From the NCBI RefSeq assembly GCF_006345805.1, contig NC_043004.1, positions 16,182,001-16,246,000 of the forward strand: a stretch of 64,000 nt of DNA, written 5' to 3'. Made by a program: the position numbers and the translations under genes. The notes beneath the pieces were generated by a model, which was not told the origin of the DNA, did no database searches, and saw only the letters and a program-made list of their open reading frames with translations. Below are positions 52,363-64,000 of this stretch, in pieces; positions within the stretch are counted from its first letter, which is position 1, and every line of letters starts with the position of its first letter. The DNA comes from Octopus sinensis. Taxonomy: Eukaryota.

Positions 52363-52660
52363 TAAATTAGAGAAGAACCACCATGTTAAGTATATCATTC
52401 AACAATGATATACTTAAATCGTAACATATAGAAAAATAATTAGATACAATAAAACATTTACCTAGAAATAAATAAAGTACGAAATAATAAATAAGTACTA
52501 TATAATTATAATATTATACTAATTACATACTATTTATTTATTATTTCGTACTTTATTTTGTTCTAGGTAAATGTTTTATCGTATCTTAAATTTTTTCTAT
52601 ATGGTATGATTTAAGTATATCATTGTTGAATTGCTACATGGTGATTCTTCTCTAATTTAT
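52363..52660. repeat. ~300-bp AT-rich foldback
   Basis: Arms ~52363-52497 and ~52527-52660. Confidence 0.85.
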
Positions 52661-52689
52661 ATATATACATCAGATGAAAATCCGTTAAA

Positions 52690-52810
52690 CTAAGTACTGG
52701 GCTCAAATTGTAAACCCTGAGGTCCATTCGGTCGACTATATCCCTTCAGGGCGGTACTCCAGCATGGCCGTGGTCAAAATGTTTGAAACAAGTAAGATGA
52801 TAAAAGAATA
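52690..52810 (+). mobile_element. SINE 3' fragment
   Basis: GGCGGTACTCCAGCATGGCCG matches the 3' part of the 9185 family. Confidence 0.55.
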
Positions 52811-52814
52811 TATA

Positions 52815-52826
52815 TATGTGTGTATG

Positions 52827-52874
<48 letters not shown>

Positions 52875-52970
52875 ACACACACACACACACATACATACAT
52901 ATATGTATGTGTGTGTATGTTGTATATATATACATATATACGACACACACACACATACATACATACATAC

Positions 52971-53030
<60 letters not shown>
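52815..53030. repeat. (TA)n/(CA)n compound microsatellite
   Basis: Direct inspection. Confidence 0.9.
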
Positions 53031-53035
<5 letters not shown>

Positions 53036-53284
53036 TTCGGAATGGTCATTTTGCCAGTTTAGCCAATAAAAACACACGCACTATATATTTGGTATTATTT
53101 TGCTTCAGTGTTTATTTTTTACATTAATCTTAATCTTATTTCGGCCAGAGTTCTTTCGTCACACCCCTGGGACCGCATTAGTGGCCTTTGTTTACTTCTT
53201 TCTTATTTGTGTCTCTCCTTACTAACCGTCAGCCATTTTGTATTATTATTGGCTAAACTGGCAAAATGACCATTCCGAAATATA
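53031..53284 (-). mobile_element. PLE-terminus-like element with 39-bp perfect inverted arms and a degenerate HHR
   Basis: Arms 53031-53069 and 53246-53284; minus strand 53143-53186 reads GGCCA CUAAUGC G GUCCC AGGGGU GUGAC GAA AG AA CU C UGGCC. Confidence 0.6.
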
Positions 53285-53549
53285 ACAATATCTGTTTGAA
53301 CACACGACTTCACATAAAAAATCTTGCACAACAAATATATAAACGTACTATATATATACAAGTTCAGCAAAATTTAGATTTAAATTAATATGATCGTACC
53401 AAATTACCGAAGTTATTCTTGTTGCTTATTTTGATTATATATATATATATATATAAAACTAATGTAGGATAAAATTTTTTTCAAAACAACTTTTATCAAT
53501 GGCCAGCATATCAAAAATACCTTTAAAGTTTAAATTTATAAATAATAAG

Positions 53550-53620
<71 letters not shown>

Positions 53621-55699
53621 CGTTCCTCTGTATACTAATAACACACAGTGGTTAAATCTAATCTAATGCTTAAGAGTTGATTAGAGAAACGAATTTTAGT
53701 TTATATCATGATACCTTATACTGTCAGAAAAATTCCAATGAGAGTGCTGGTCGATAGCTTATATTTCATGAAAATAATGCCGGAAATCTTACAAAATATC
53801 GCAAGCAAATGATCTAGTAGGAGGTTTATTTACTAAACTAAAATTACACAGTGATTTGCACTGCATTTGTATCGTTAACATGTTTTCTATACAAAAATTA
53901 ATTGAAAGGATGTTTACACCTACATGTGAGATGGTTATTCGGACGTTAATTTTTTCCTATGTTTGAATGACTTGTCCGAGATCAATAAATTCCACATATT
54001 CTTTTAATAAAATTGTATTTAAGGTGAAATCTGTATTGGATTGGGACCTTGGGAACAACATATCGCCTTATATTTTAAAAGGAAAACATGATTGAAAGAG
54101 TGAAACAGTCAAGGATATAAAAGTTATACATGATCGATGTTTGAAGATGTTATTTGGTCAAGAAATATCTTGCATCAGATTTTAATGTCAGATCTGCGTC
54201 ACTTACTCGTGCCACATCGATTTCCTTTTCGAATATGCCATCTGCATACGTCTTATAAAATATTGAATCAAAGAAATGGTATGAAAGGTCGAAATCAGAA
54301 TTTATAACACACAGACTTATGATAGTAGATCTTTGTTTATAGTTGTTTCATATAGGTGAGTGAATATCTCACCGTTAAATGTCATAGAAAACCTATTTAA
54401 AGCTTTAAAATGATTCCCATGAGTAGAGATAAAGAAATAAAAAAACGAAAATGAATCACATTACTGAAATATAATATATCTGATATGTTCAGTGGGAAGA
54501 TATGATGAAAGAAATAGGTCAAATAATATGGTCAGTAATTATAGTTTGATTAAAGTATCGCTCGCAGTCTGGTTTCCTTTCACATCGAAAGTCCAATTTC
54601 ATTGATTGTTGTGAAGCAATTTTCACTGGACTCACTGTGAAGATAGCAAAAATAAATAAATGAAAATAAAAGAACAAATTAAAACTGTTATGAATGTAAT
54701 ATATGAAACTAAAGTAAAACAATTAAGTACTTGTTGAGATATATTAGCTTTACGAGAACTATTTCTTAAATTTATGTTCATGAATATAAATAGATTTAGA
54801 AAATGCTTTATACTTCAACTGAATAACCGAAGAAAAATACTATTATATAAACTTTTAGGTTTAAGGTCGAGTAATTCATGTCATTGCAACGATAAATATC
54901 AATAATTTGTAACTTCCTTTCTACTTCAACTGTTCCATTTCTAACTTTTAACTCAAAGGTTAAAATATTTTCAGTAGCAATAAAAATAGGTATAATACAA
55001 ATCTATTTTTTTCTCATGATGACATTTCTGAATTCCTATAAAAATTTCAATATTCCACCCTGTTGATTTATGAAATTCATTCTGCAATATATAATATATG
55101 TATGTATTATTGTATGTATGTATGTATGCGTGGTGGTGTATGTATGTGTGCGGTGTATGTGTGTGTGTGATGTGTGTATATATACATATATATTTGTAAT
55201 TTCTCAACCTATCTTTTCTTTGTGTTTTACTGATATTTTCGAAAGAAGATTTACTGTACCATACAAAGATTATACCTCTACATCCTTGGTTTTGAAAATT
55301 CCATAAATAAATTTACATTTGGATATCACATATGTTGCTACTTCTGCCATAAGTATATTTGATGCTCTATTTAGCTTTAAGAAAGTGTAATATATATGAG
55401 CTGATTAAGAGTAGAATGTATTATGTTAGATTCCTTTACATTTCTTTATTCACACACTATTCTTGTTCGCATAAATTGATCTTTATATATATAATATAAC
55501 CAACACCGTTCCTAATATTTTCAATATCGACATTTGACTCATAAACTTATATTATCAGGTTTTGACTTTTATGTTGAGTTAAAGGTGAGACCCCCGGGTC
55601 TTTGCTTTTACTAGATGCTGAGATTCTTGTATTACAAACCCCATATTGATCAAAATTATAGAATAGATATATAGTTTTAACTCTCTTTAACATAATCAA

Positions 55700-56340
55700 A
55701 TTTTGATGCATGATTGAAGTTGTACATTATTTAAGTTATCAAGTTATGAAAAACGAGCATTTTCGACACCTTTTTTGCTTTTAATCAAGGTTCTAAGGCT
55801 GCAAAAGCTGCTCAAGACATTTGTACTGTGTATGGAGAAGGTGCCATATCTGAAAGAACCGCTCGTGATTGGTGTGCCTAGTTCAAAATGGAAATTTTGA
55901 CCTCAAACATGCACCGTCCAGTTGAATTCTATGAAGAGCGATTTAACCAACTTTTGCACGGAAATTCTCGTCGAACGACAAGGGAACTGGTAGACAAAAT
56001 AGAATACTCCCACACTGCTACAAAGAAGCATCTTCACTCGATGGGAAAGGTTCAGAACTATGGAGCATGGGTTCTGCATGCTTTAAGTGACAACAACAAT
56101 CAACGAGCCACAATCTCCGCTGGTTTGCTTGCTCGTCACGGTAAACAAACTACACAACGCGTGACACAAGACCTTCATCCGCGTAAAACGATGTTGTGCA
56201 TATAGTGGAACTGGGAATGGATTACCCATTACGAATTGCCTGAACGGAACCAAACAGTCAACGCGGAACTCTATGTCCAACAGATGGAACGACTCAACAT
56301 GGCTATTCAAGAGAAAAGGCCTAATCGGCAGCATGGACGA
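55700..56340 (+). mobile_element. Truncated decayed mariner
   Basis: MKNEHFRHL..FNQGSKAAKAAQDICTVYGEG, GAWVLHAL, QTVNAELYVQQMERL. Confidence 0.85.
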
Positions 56341-58734
56341 TAGGACGTGGATAACAAGAGAAATCTTAGTATCGTATGTTAATGTCCAGCATGAGAAACG
56401 GATATTCCTATAAATATAAAGCAGTAAGTGATTATTTTAAAATATATATAGTGATTATTTGAAAATATATATATATGTAGATATGTACCATGTGGAGGGG
56501 ATCAAGTGTATATAGCGCAAATAATGGTGTGCATTTTTTAGATGCATCAAAGTATGAATCGAATAATTCATATCCCAATATATCAAAGTATATTATAGAA
56601 ACGCTGTGATGTCTGTAATGTTTAATTATTAATTCAGTTTTTCATCATGTCTTGGGCGTGAATTTAGCGAAAGCCATATTGTTATATGCAATGCGTTCTC
56701 TTCCTGTTTTTCAGACAGCGCAGTTTCTTATGCATAGCATCCAAGCTAACATTACATTAACGCTAATGTTTGTTCCTGAGTACCTAAGAAATAAATTCTG
56801 ATTGTTGGACTGCTATACGATAATTTTCACTTAAAAGATTTTGTTCGAATCTGTATTGGACAGTCAGCTGTAGAGAAGTGGGAAAATGACTGAATGTATG
56901 TTTATGGTGTTTCGTTTTGTTTTTATCGACACCCAGGCATATCACTACTTATAAAATGTAATGAAATCTGAACGCGTTCGAGAGCCAGACTACTTTTATG
57001 TCTGATATAGACATAAAGACTCACATCTATGGGTATAACAAATTCGATCATATTAACCCAATTACTCGGAGTAAACAATGTTGCAAAACATTGATTTCAA
57101 CAATACATCATGATTATTGCTTAATCAGTTCCCCGGAAAAATATAAGATTTTAAAAGCTTAATCATATTTAAATAACTAGATGTTAATAAATAACCTAAA
57201 CATTTTATAACTAATAAATATCTCATTTTTGAGAATTTTATTTGTAAAATCCTTTGAACCGTTATAGATTAACGTTATTTATTTATACAGTCAATGTTGT
57301 TCATACAAATAGTGGACGATTTATCAATGCAACAATGAAGAGAAAATACAAAAATGCAACAACATAAGCATAGCTCTTACGGAAGATCAAACATTTTCAT
57401 TTACAATGGATGTCAATTAGAGATATTCTCTCGAATAAGTGGGGTGGGATATTGCGAAAAACAACCACAGAAATTAGCAACATTTTCAGGAACCATTTGC
57501 TATTTTATAACTCATATAGATTTATATTCTTTAATTCATTTCGAAACAGCAATCAATTTCGTTTGGCAGTATCAAATCGTGGTTATTGTTGCTTGAATAG
57601 CAAGTTAAAATGCTTCTAATGAGAATTATATTTACAATGCGAAAGTCGGTTAAGTTACAATGATTTTACTCGCGGCGCACTGGCAATTTATGAAGTTAAG
57701 ATGCAATCTTGACGAAACAGTGATCTACAACTCAATTTTATTATAATAAAATGTTGCTGGAAACAAACACACATGGAACACTTCTGTTTATTAAGTGATA
57801 TTAATTTCTTTTTTTAAGGCAAACTGCAGGCATGTGTGAGGGGAATACAATGACATGAGTGTATGAAAGCAACACAGAATTGTTTCTTTTTGTTAAAATA
57901 TTAACTAAAACCGCATGGAAAAGTTTATGAAATAAAAGACAGGCATTTGTTTCAGTATAGTGACTAATCCCGTTGAATGACACCCACACTGGTACATATG
58001 CACTTACAAAGACATGTGTGTGCATGTGTTATTGGGTGTTTAAATGTATGTATAGATACAGATGTATGCGTATATAAAAATATCAGTGTGTCTCCGAAAA
58101 TAAAATATTACGTGATACTTATATTTATTTTCAGTTAAGTACATACAAAATTTTATCTTTTAAGACTTACAAAGCCGAAACTGATTTATTCTATGGTTTT
58201 GTTCCTCTCTGGCACTCCTCCAAAGTTAATTGATGTTTTTTGGTTGTCACATATGAAGATACTGGGCTATGGAGTTGTTTATAGGATCACAGCCTCAGAC
58301 CGAGAGTTTATGCACCGATGTGAAATGATTTTTCTTGAAGGACATGGCACGTATATCCATTCTCAAAATAACTATTGGCCAGATTTTTCTTTATCCTTTC
58401 AACCTACTTCTTCCGAGCGAGTAAGTCACTTGATATAAGAAATCTACGCTTTACGGTTGATACGGAATTTGTCATGCCGCATTCCGGCAAAATAATGGAA
58501 TTCATGTTCCGGCAACATAGTAGAATTCATGTTCTATTACACCAGAGCAGTGTAAGGTGTTAGTTTTCTCTATATTATGATAGATCGAAGCAGTTACTGA
58601 AATCCATGAAATCCCAAACATTCATGAACATTGAAAACTCATCTTCGAATTTGGGTCAACGTGTTATATTCTGATGTCATGATTTGGGTCTTTCGATATT
58701 GAAATTCAATAGATTGTGACATCAGAGTGATACC

Positions 58735-59185
58735 ACAGGCTTTGGTTGGTCCGAGGCTATAGTAGAAGACACTCGCCCAAGGTGGCATCCAGTGGGACTG
58801 AACCCGGGGCCATGTGGTTGGTAAGCAAGCTACTTTATTTCATAAAATTTGTCATCATAGACAGTACAAAGAGTGTAGCTTTGCGGGCTGGACAAACACA
58901 TTAATGAATGAAAATGAAATAGAATGAATAAATGAGAGACGAAACCCAACACTCGCCGATTGGATTTTTCTCGAAAACATATTTTCTTTTTTTTTAAATC
59001 AATATGAGGTTCCAAACCTCTTACAAGAAGGAGACACTAAAACCTCTTACTTAACATGTTTTTTTCTTTTTTAAAACACATAACTGAGGTTATAAACCAC
59101 TACAAATAATACAATAAGATGAGGTTTCAAACCCTATAACGAGGGTCTTTCACGTCCTACTTACCACACAGCCACTCCTGTGCGT
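58735..59185 (-). mobile_element. SINE tRNA head split by a 321-bp insertion
   Basis: Head halves at 58735-58835 and 59157-59185; CTACTT duplicated at 58830 and 59157. Confidence 0.7.
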
Positions 59186-60052
59186 GTATATCAAATAATG
59201 CTTCTGAGCTTATAATTATATGCATAAGAAGGGATGATGCCAGACTTTTAAAATGCCTAACCCATTGTATTTTGGAATTTCTTCCGGCCTTTTACAACAT
59301 GAGTTCAGATTCTCAAAGATACAATTTATCATTTATCCCTCCGCGGTTGATGAAATGTAGTTCCAATGAAGTAGAGGTGCTGATGTAATCAACTAGCCAC
59401 TTCCTTTCCAAATTGCTGATACTGTACCTAAATAAGGAACAGTTACAATGTCGACGATAAGTGAAGTCATACATGAAATCAATTATATAACACACAACAA
59501 ACATACTGACGTGTATAATTGTTTTTATTTTAATTTCTGGAACGAACCATTCATTCATGTTTTAGTAAAATTGTAGTAAAACGGCATAAGGTTTTCCGTC
59601 TTCCTTATGTTCTTCTTATTATTGTACATATATATGTAGACATTGAAGAAACTTGTGCGAATATAAATATATAAATTCATACTCATATACACACGCACCC
59701 ACCCACACGCATATACATATATAATACACACACACACATATATATATAAATGAATATGCATATTTATGTATGTGTGCACGTGCGTTTGTGTGTGTGAATA
59801 TATGTATGTGTGTGTGTTATGAGTGTCTATGTGTGTGTGCGTGTGTTTGTGTGTGCGCGCGTGTATTTTGAGGAACTAACTAATCCTGATTTATATGAAT
59901 TTACTATGGCCTACGCCATTTGTCGATGAGCTATTTCTCTTCACAGAGTAAATACTACGATTGTCAACGCTTAACAGTATCTTCAGTTATATTATGATTT
60001 CATTGATGGAAAATACAGATTAATCTGACTGTTATTGTTCCTTCACTGCTTG

Positions 60053-60200
60053 GAAGTGAGCTGGCAGAATCGTCAGTTCTCCGGAGAAAAACATAGCGAT
60101 ATGTTTTTAAGCTTTCTGCTTTCAGTTCAAATTCTTCGGAAGCCAATTTGTGCATTTCATCATTTGGGGATTGATAAAATTTGTACCGGTTGAACAGCAG
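60053..60200 (+). mobile_element. Degenerate SINE
   Basis: GAGCTGGCAGAATCGTCAG head and CAGTTCAAATTC B-box-like. Confidence 0.6.
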
Positions 60201-60303
60201 TAATCGACTAAACTCTCAACTAAAACTGCTGGCATTGTGTAAAGAGTTGAAACCATTTTTTTTATTTACCACACTGCAAAAATATTTTTTATCGAGCCTA
60301 TTA

Positions 60304-61898
60304 CACTGGTCAAAAAAATTAAATATATAATACTCATAATGGATGCAAACCAACTTTTTTAGACTGACTTTTCATGCTAATTTCAAAATGTCACTCCATT
60401 TGTATGCAACACGTATAATTTTTTCAGTAGATACATGCAAATATTCACATATTTGTATATATGAAAAAAATAATGTAATAAATAAGGACATATTACTTTT
60501 AGAATGTAAATGGATTTATTGGGTTAAAAATCATCACTATCATTTTTCAAAGAGTGAATACACAACAAATGGATCAGACCCAACGGACAAAGTTAGAACA
60601 ACAGAGTTAGAATCGTTATAATTTGGATTTCCTGCGGTGTTCCTGATTTGGTTGGTTGGTCACGGTGAAGTGTCCGGCAGTAGTCAGCCAGCATACTGTC
60701 ATTCCAGAAGCCGAGGTACCATTTCCCCATAACACTAATATTCTGGCGAAATCTTTCACCATGTTCGTCAGACACTGCTCTAAGGTTATCTGCGAAGAAA
60801 TCCAGATAGGTGTCCAAGAATTGAACTTTCAGTGACATGCAACAACCCATTGCTCACTACCATTTCAGAAGATTCTTGATGCCATCTTTGTAGTCTGTTA
60901 CCTTTTTGTTACCCAAGAAATTCTCACAGATCCAACTGAAAGTATTCTAGGCAAGCAGTTCCAGTTCATCCAGTGTTCTCTTGAAGTTGGCACCTTTGAG
61001 TACTCCTCCGATTTATGGTCCGACAAAGATACCTTCTTTCAACTTCGCTTGTGTGAGTTTGAGAAATATTTCTACAATATACTCAAACGTTCTGGCATTT
61101 CTCTTCCCTAGTGTCTTTACAAACTATTTCATCAGTTCAAGCTTTATGTGTAAAGGTAGCAATAGGACATTACATGGATCTACAAGAGGTGTTTTCTTGA
61201 CACTAGACAGTCCTGGCTCGTATGATGTTCTTGTCTGCTAGTTTGATTCCGAATAATATCTGTCAGTTGCCCGACTATCACATAGACACAAGAAACAACA
61301 GTATTTTGTGAAATCTGTCTGCATTTCCATTAACATTGCAATGAATTTTAAATCTCCACATATTTTCCATGAGAATCTTTCATAGGCAATGGCATGATGT
61401 AAAAGTTCCATATTCTCATATGATTCATGAAGATTAACGGAGTGTGCAATAGGAATGGAGGGCTTCGAATTACCATTATGGAGATGTACAGCTTTTAAAC
61501 TTTGATTTGAAAAGTCTGCGACTCTCCAGGATCATGTTTTTCTGATAAACATTCGAAAAGTCCATCGATGTTACTGCAAAAGCAGAGCGGGCCTTCCACA
61601 GAAGAGCATGATGATGAAATATTTCATCGGACAATACTTGACTGGTTAATTTAAGAAGAGGAAATATTACATCTGAACTATGCAGCAATGAATAATGTAG
61701 TTTATTTCAAAACTATGTGCCTGTGATGTAATTCGTTTGGAATTTCTATATAATCGGTGAGCCAAAACCAAAAAGCTTTCTCATCTTGAAAGCTGTACGT
61801 AATGCCAAAAAAACTAATTCTGTATTTGAAATCAGTATTAAAAACTACACTATGTACACCTTGACATATGCCTGATGAAAAATACTTGTTGACCAGTG
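60304..61898 (-). mobile_element. Chapaev3-like (CMC) DNA transposon, full-length and decayed
   Basis: TTA|CACTGGTCAA ... TTGACCAGTG|TTA; minus-strand remnants SIPIAHSV, WKICGDLK, TKYCCFLC, PLHIKL, KEGIFVGP, MSLKVQFL, AVSDEHGERF; family name from recall. Confidence 0.75.
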
Positions 61899-62483
61899 TT
61901 AACTATTTTAATTTTCTTAAAGTATCCCTAAATGCAATCGAATAAAACGTCAAATATCCAAAATATGTTGAACATCACTGTATATGAGCATACATTTGAA
62001 AATTATTCAATGCCATTTCATAATATGAATTTTCCAAGAGTTTATTCAGTAGAACTTATGTTCTATGCAGAAGCATTCTGTATGCTATAGTTGATGTTGT
62101 ATACATTTTTCGAAATTGTAAGAATTGGAAAATTTCCTCGGTTGCATACATCACATTAACAGTCACAGGAAAATTAATATCTGCATGATTATAGATCGAC
62201 ATGAATTATAAGACATCCGACAGTAAAATAGTTAAGTGAAATACTGAAAGAAGTAAACATTATGAACCGCCATACTTTATTCAGTAATAAAAGATAATTA
62301 GCCAGTCTATTTCATAATTCTTGATAATATATTGATTTTTATATTATATTTGAGTACGAGATTAAATGATGTCGCATCTATATTGCTGAAATATTTTTAT
62401 AGATTATATATTTTAGATGAATTTCATGTAATTCGTTTACCTCTCTGTGCGCTGTCATAATATTGTTATTAAACACGTACGTC

Positions 62484-62499
62484 TCTCTCTCTCTCCTCC

Positions 62500-62531
<32 letters not shown>

Positions 62532-62630
62532 TATATATACATATATATATATATGTATATATATATATCTAAATATATATATATATTATATATATACATA
62601 TATATTTATATATATATATATAATATATAT

Positions 62631-62673
<43 letters not shown>

Positions 62674-62733
62674 TGTATATATATATATCTAAATATATAT
62701 GTATATATATATATATATATATAAATATATATG

Positions 62734-62780
<47 letters not shown>

Positions 62781-62958
62781 GTGTGTATATATATATATAT
62801 AATATATATATATATGTATATATATATGTGTATATATATATATAAATATACGCTCACATTCACATACATGTGTGTCATGCGCGTTTGTGGTTTTATATGT
62901 ATACATATATACATGTATTTACATACACATAAATATATATGGGTATATATAATATGTA

Positions 62959-63002
<44 letters not shown>

Positions 63003-63032
63003 AACATATATATTATATATACATATATAAAC

Positions 63033-63063
<31 letters not shown>

Positions 63064-63125
63064 CATACATGCACACACACAAACACATATATATACGCAT
63101 ATATATACATATATATATTCATATA
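62484..63125. repeat. Long degenerate (TA)n-dominated microsatellite
   Basis: Direct inspection; source of the YI-repeat ORFs. Confidence 0.95.
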
Positions 63126-64000
63126 TTGTGCAGATGATAAACATAAATAGGTGGTTGACTGTAATATTATTTTACTGCATACATGTCTAGGATTGATTGA
63201 AAATCTAATAAAATATTGATATAACATATCGGGAATATTCGTAAGTTTAGAATGGGGTTTGGTGAATAGTTTCAAACAAATGGTTTACAATTTGAATATA
63301 TGACAATAGTAGACAATCTACCACACAGAATATTCAATGTAACTTGAGTCAAAGAAAAAATACTGTGTACGACGTTTATATTTAGGCCAGGTTGAAAGCT
63401 GAATATTTTACACGCTAATTTCGAAACCAAAAATATTAAATGTGAAAGTGCTATCGTGATTCCACATCATTCGTCGGAACACATGACATTGACAACTCTT
63501 GTTCTTTATACCTCGGAGATAAGATGTTTGGAATGAAACTGAGATCTTACATACAGCGCTTTTTTATTATTACCTAGGATTTGACCTTTGCCTACATGAA
63601 ATATTACATACCTGAACAAAAGGTTAAAAGGGCATAGAACATTGCCGGAATATTTGTTTCATATCGTATGAAATTTCATATATTTCCAATACTTATCACA
63701 TATGGTTATGAATGAGTTAGACACGTGTTCTTTGTTCCAATACACGTCCTCGCCTTTCAGATATGATTCATAGTGAAATGTCAGATATAGCACAATAATG
63801 ATGTATACACGACGTAAGTACACTCACCAAGTGTTAGAGACAAACACATTCATCTTCATGGACAGAAAGCATTATTAACCAAAATATATATCATTAGTTA
63901 CATAGCATTCGATGGATTAGCACAACAAAAAGTTATATTACAACGAGGTGGTTATTCCAAAATTATTATTACGATTTTGAATAATTTTTTTGTACGAGCC

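Noticed and set aside
62586-63275. Tyr/Ile-repeat ORFs (also at 5, 24.7 and 52.8 kb)
   Set aside because: (TA)n translations

Overview
AT-rich, repeat-dense eukaryotic DNA with no host gene I can recognise. The SINE, microsatellite and transposon mix resembles octopod (Octopus-like) genomes; this is inferred from recalled repeat families and was not searched. The main element is a Penelope-like retroelement (PLE, Neptune-like; RT plus GIY-YIG) at 17.5-19.9 kb. Its ~730-codon frame is broken by a single base missing from an A-homopolymer. Other TE content: decayed RTE and R4/Dong LINEs, a Gypsy RT scrap, Tc1, several mariners, a Chapaev3-like element with TTA TSD, MITEs, Helentron-like elements and many tRNA-derived SINEs. 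The most interesting signal is non-coding: at least 8 type-I hammerhead ribozyme (HHR) or HHR-like cores sit in short PLE-terminus-like pieces embedded in microsatellites. Four of them lie between long inverted-repeat arms. At 49.07-49.56 kb two different, well-formed HHRs lie on the same strand, with cleavage sites 265 nt apart around one arm of a 136-bp foldback. All folds were read by eye and none was tested. Almost all ORFs in the supplied track are microsatellite artefacts, and bases 1-1700 look like low-quality consensus.
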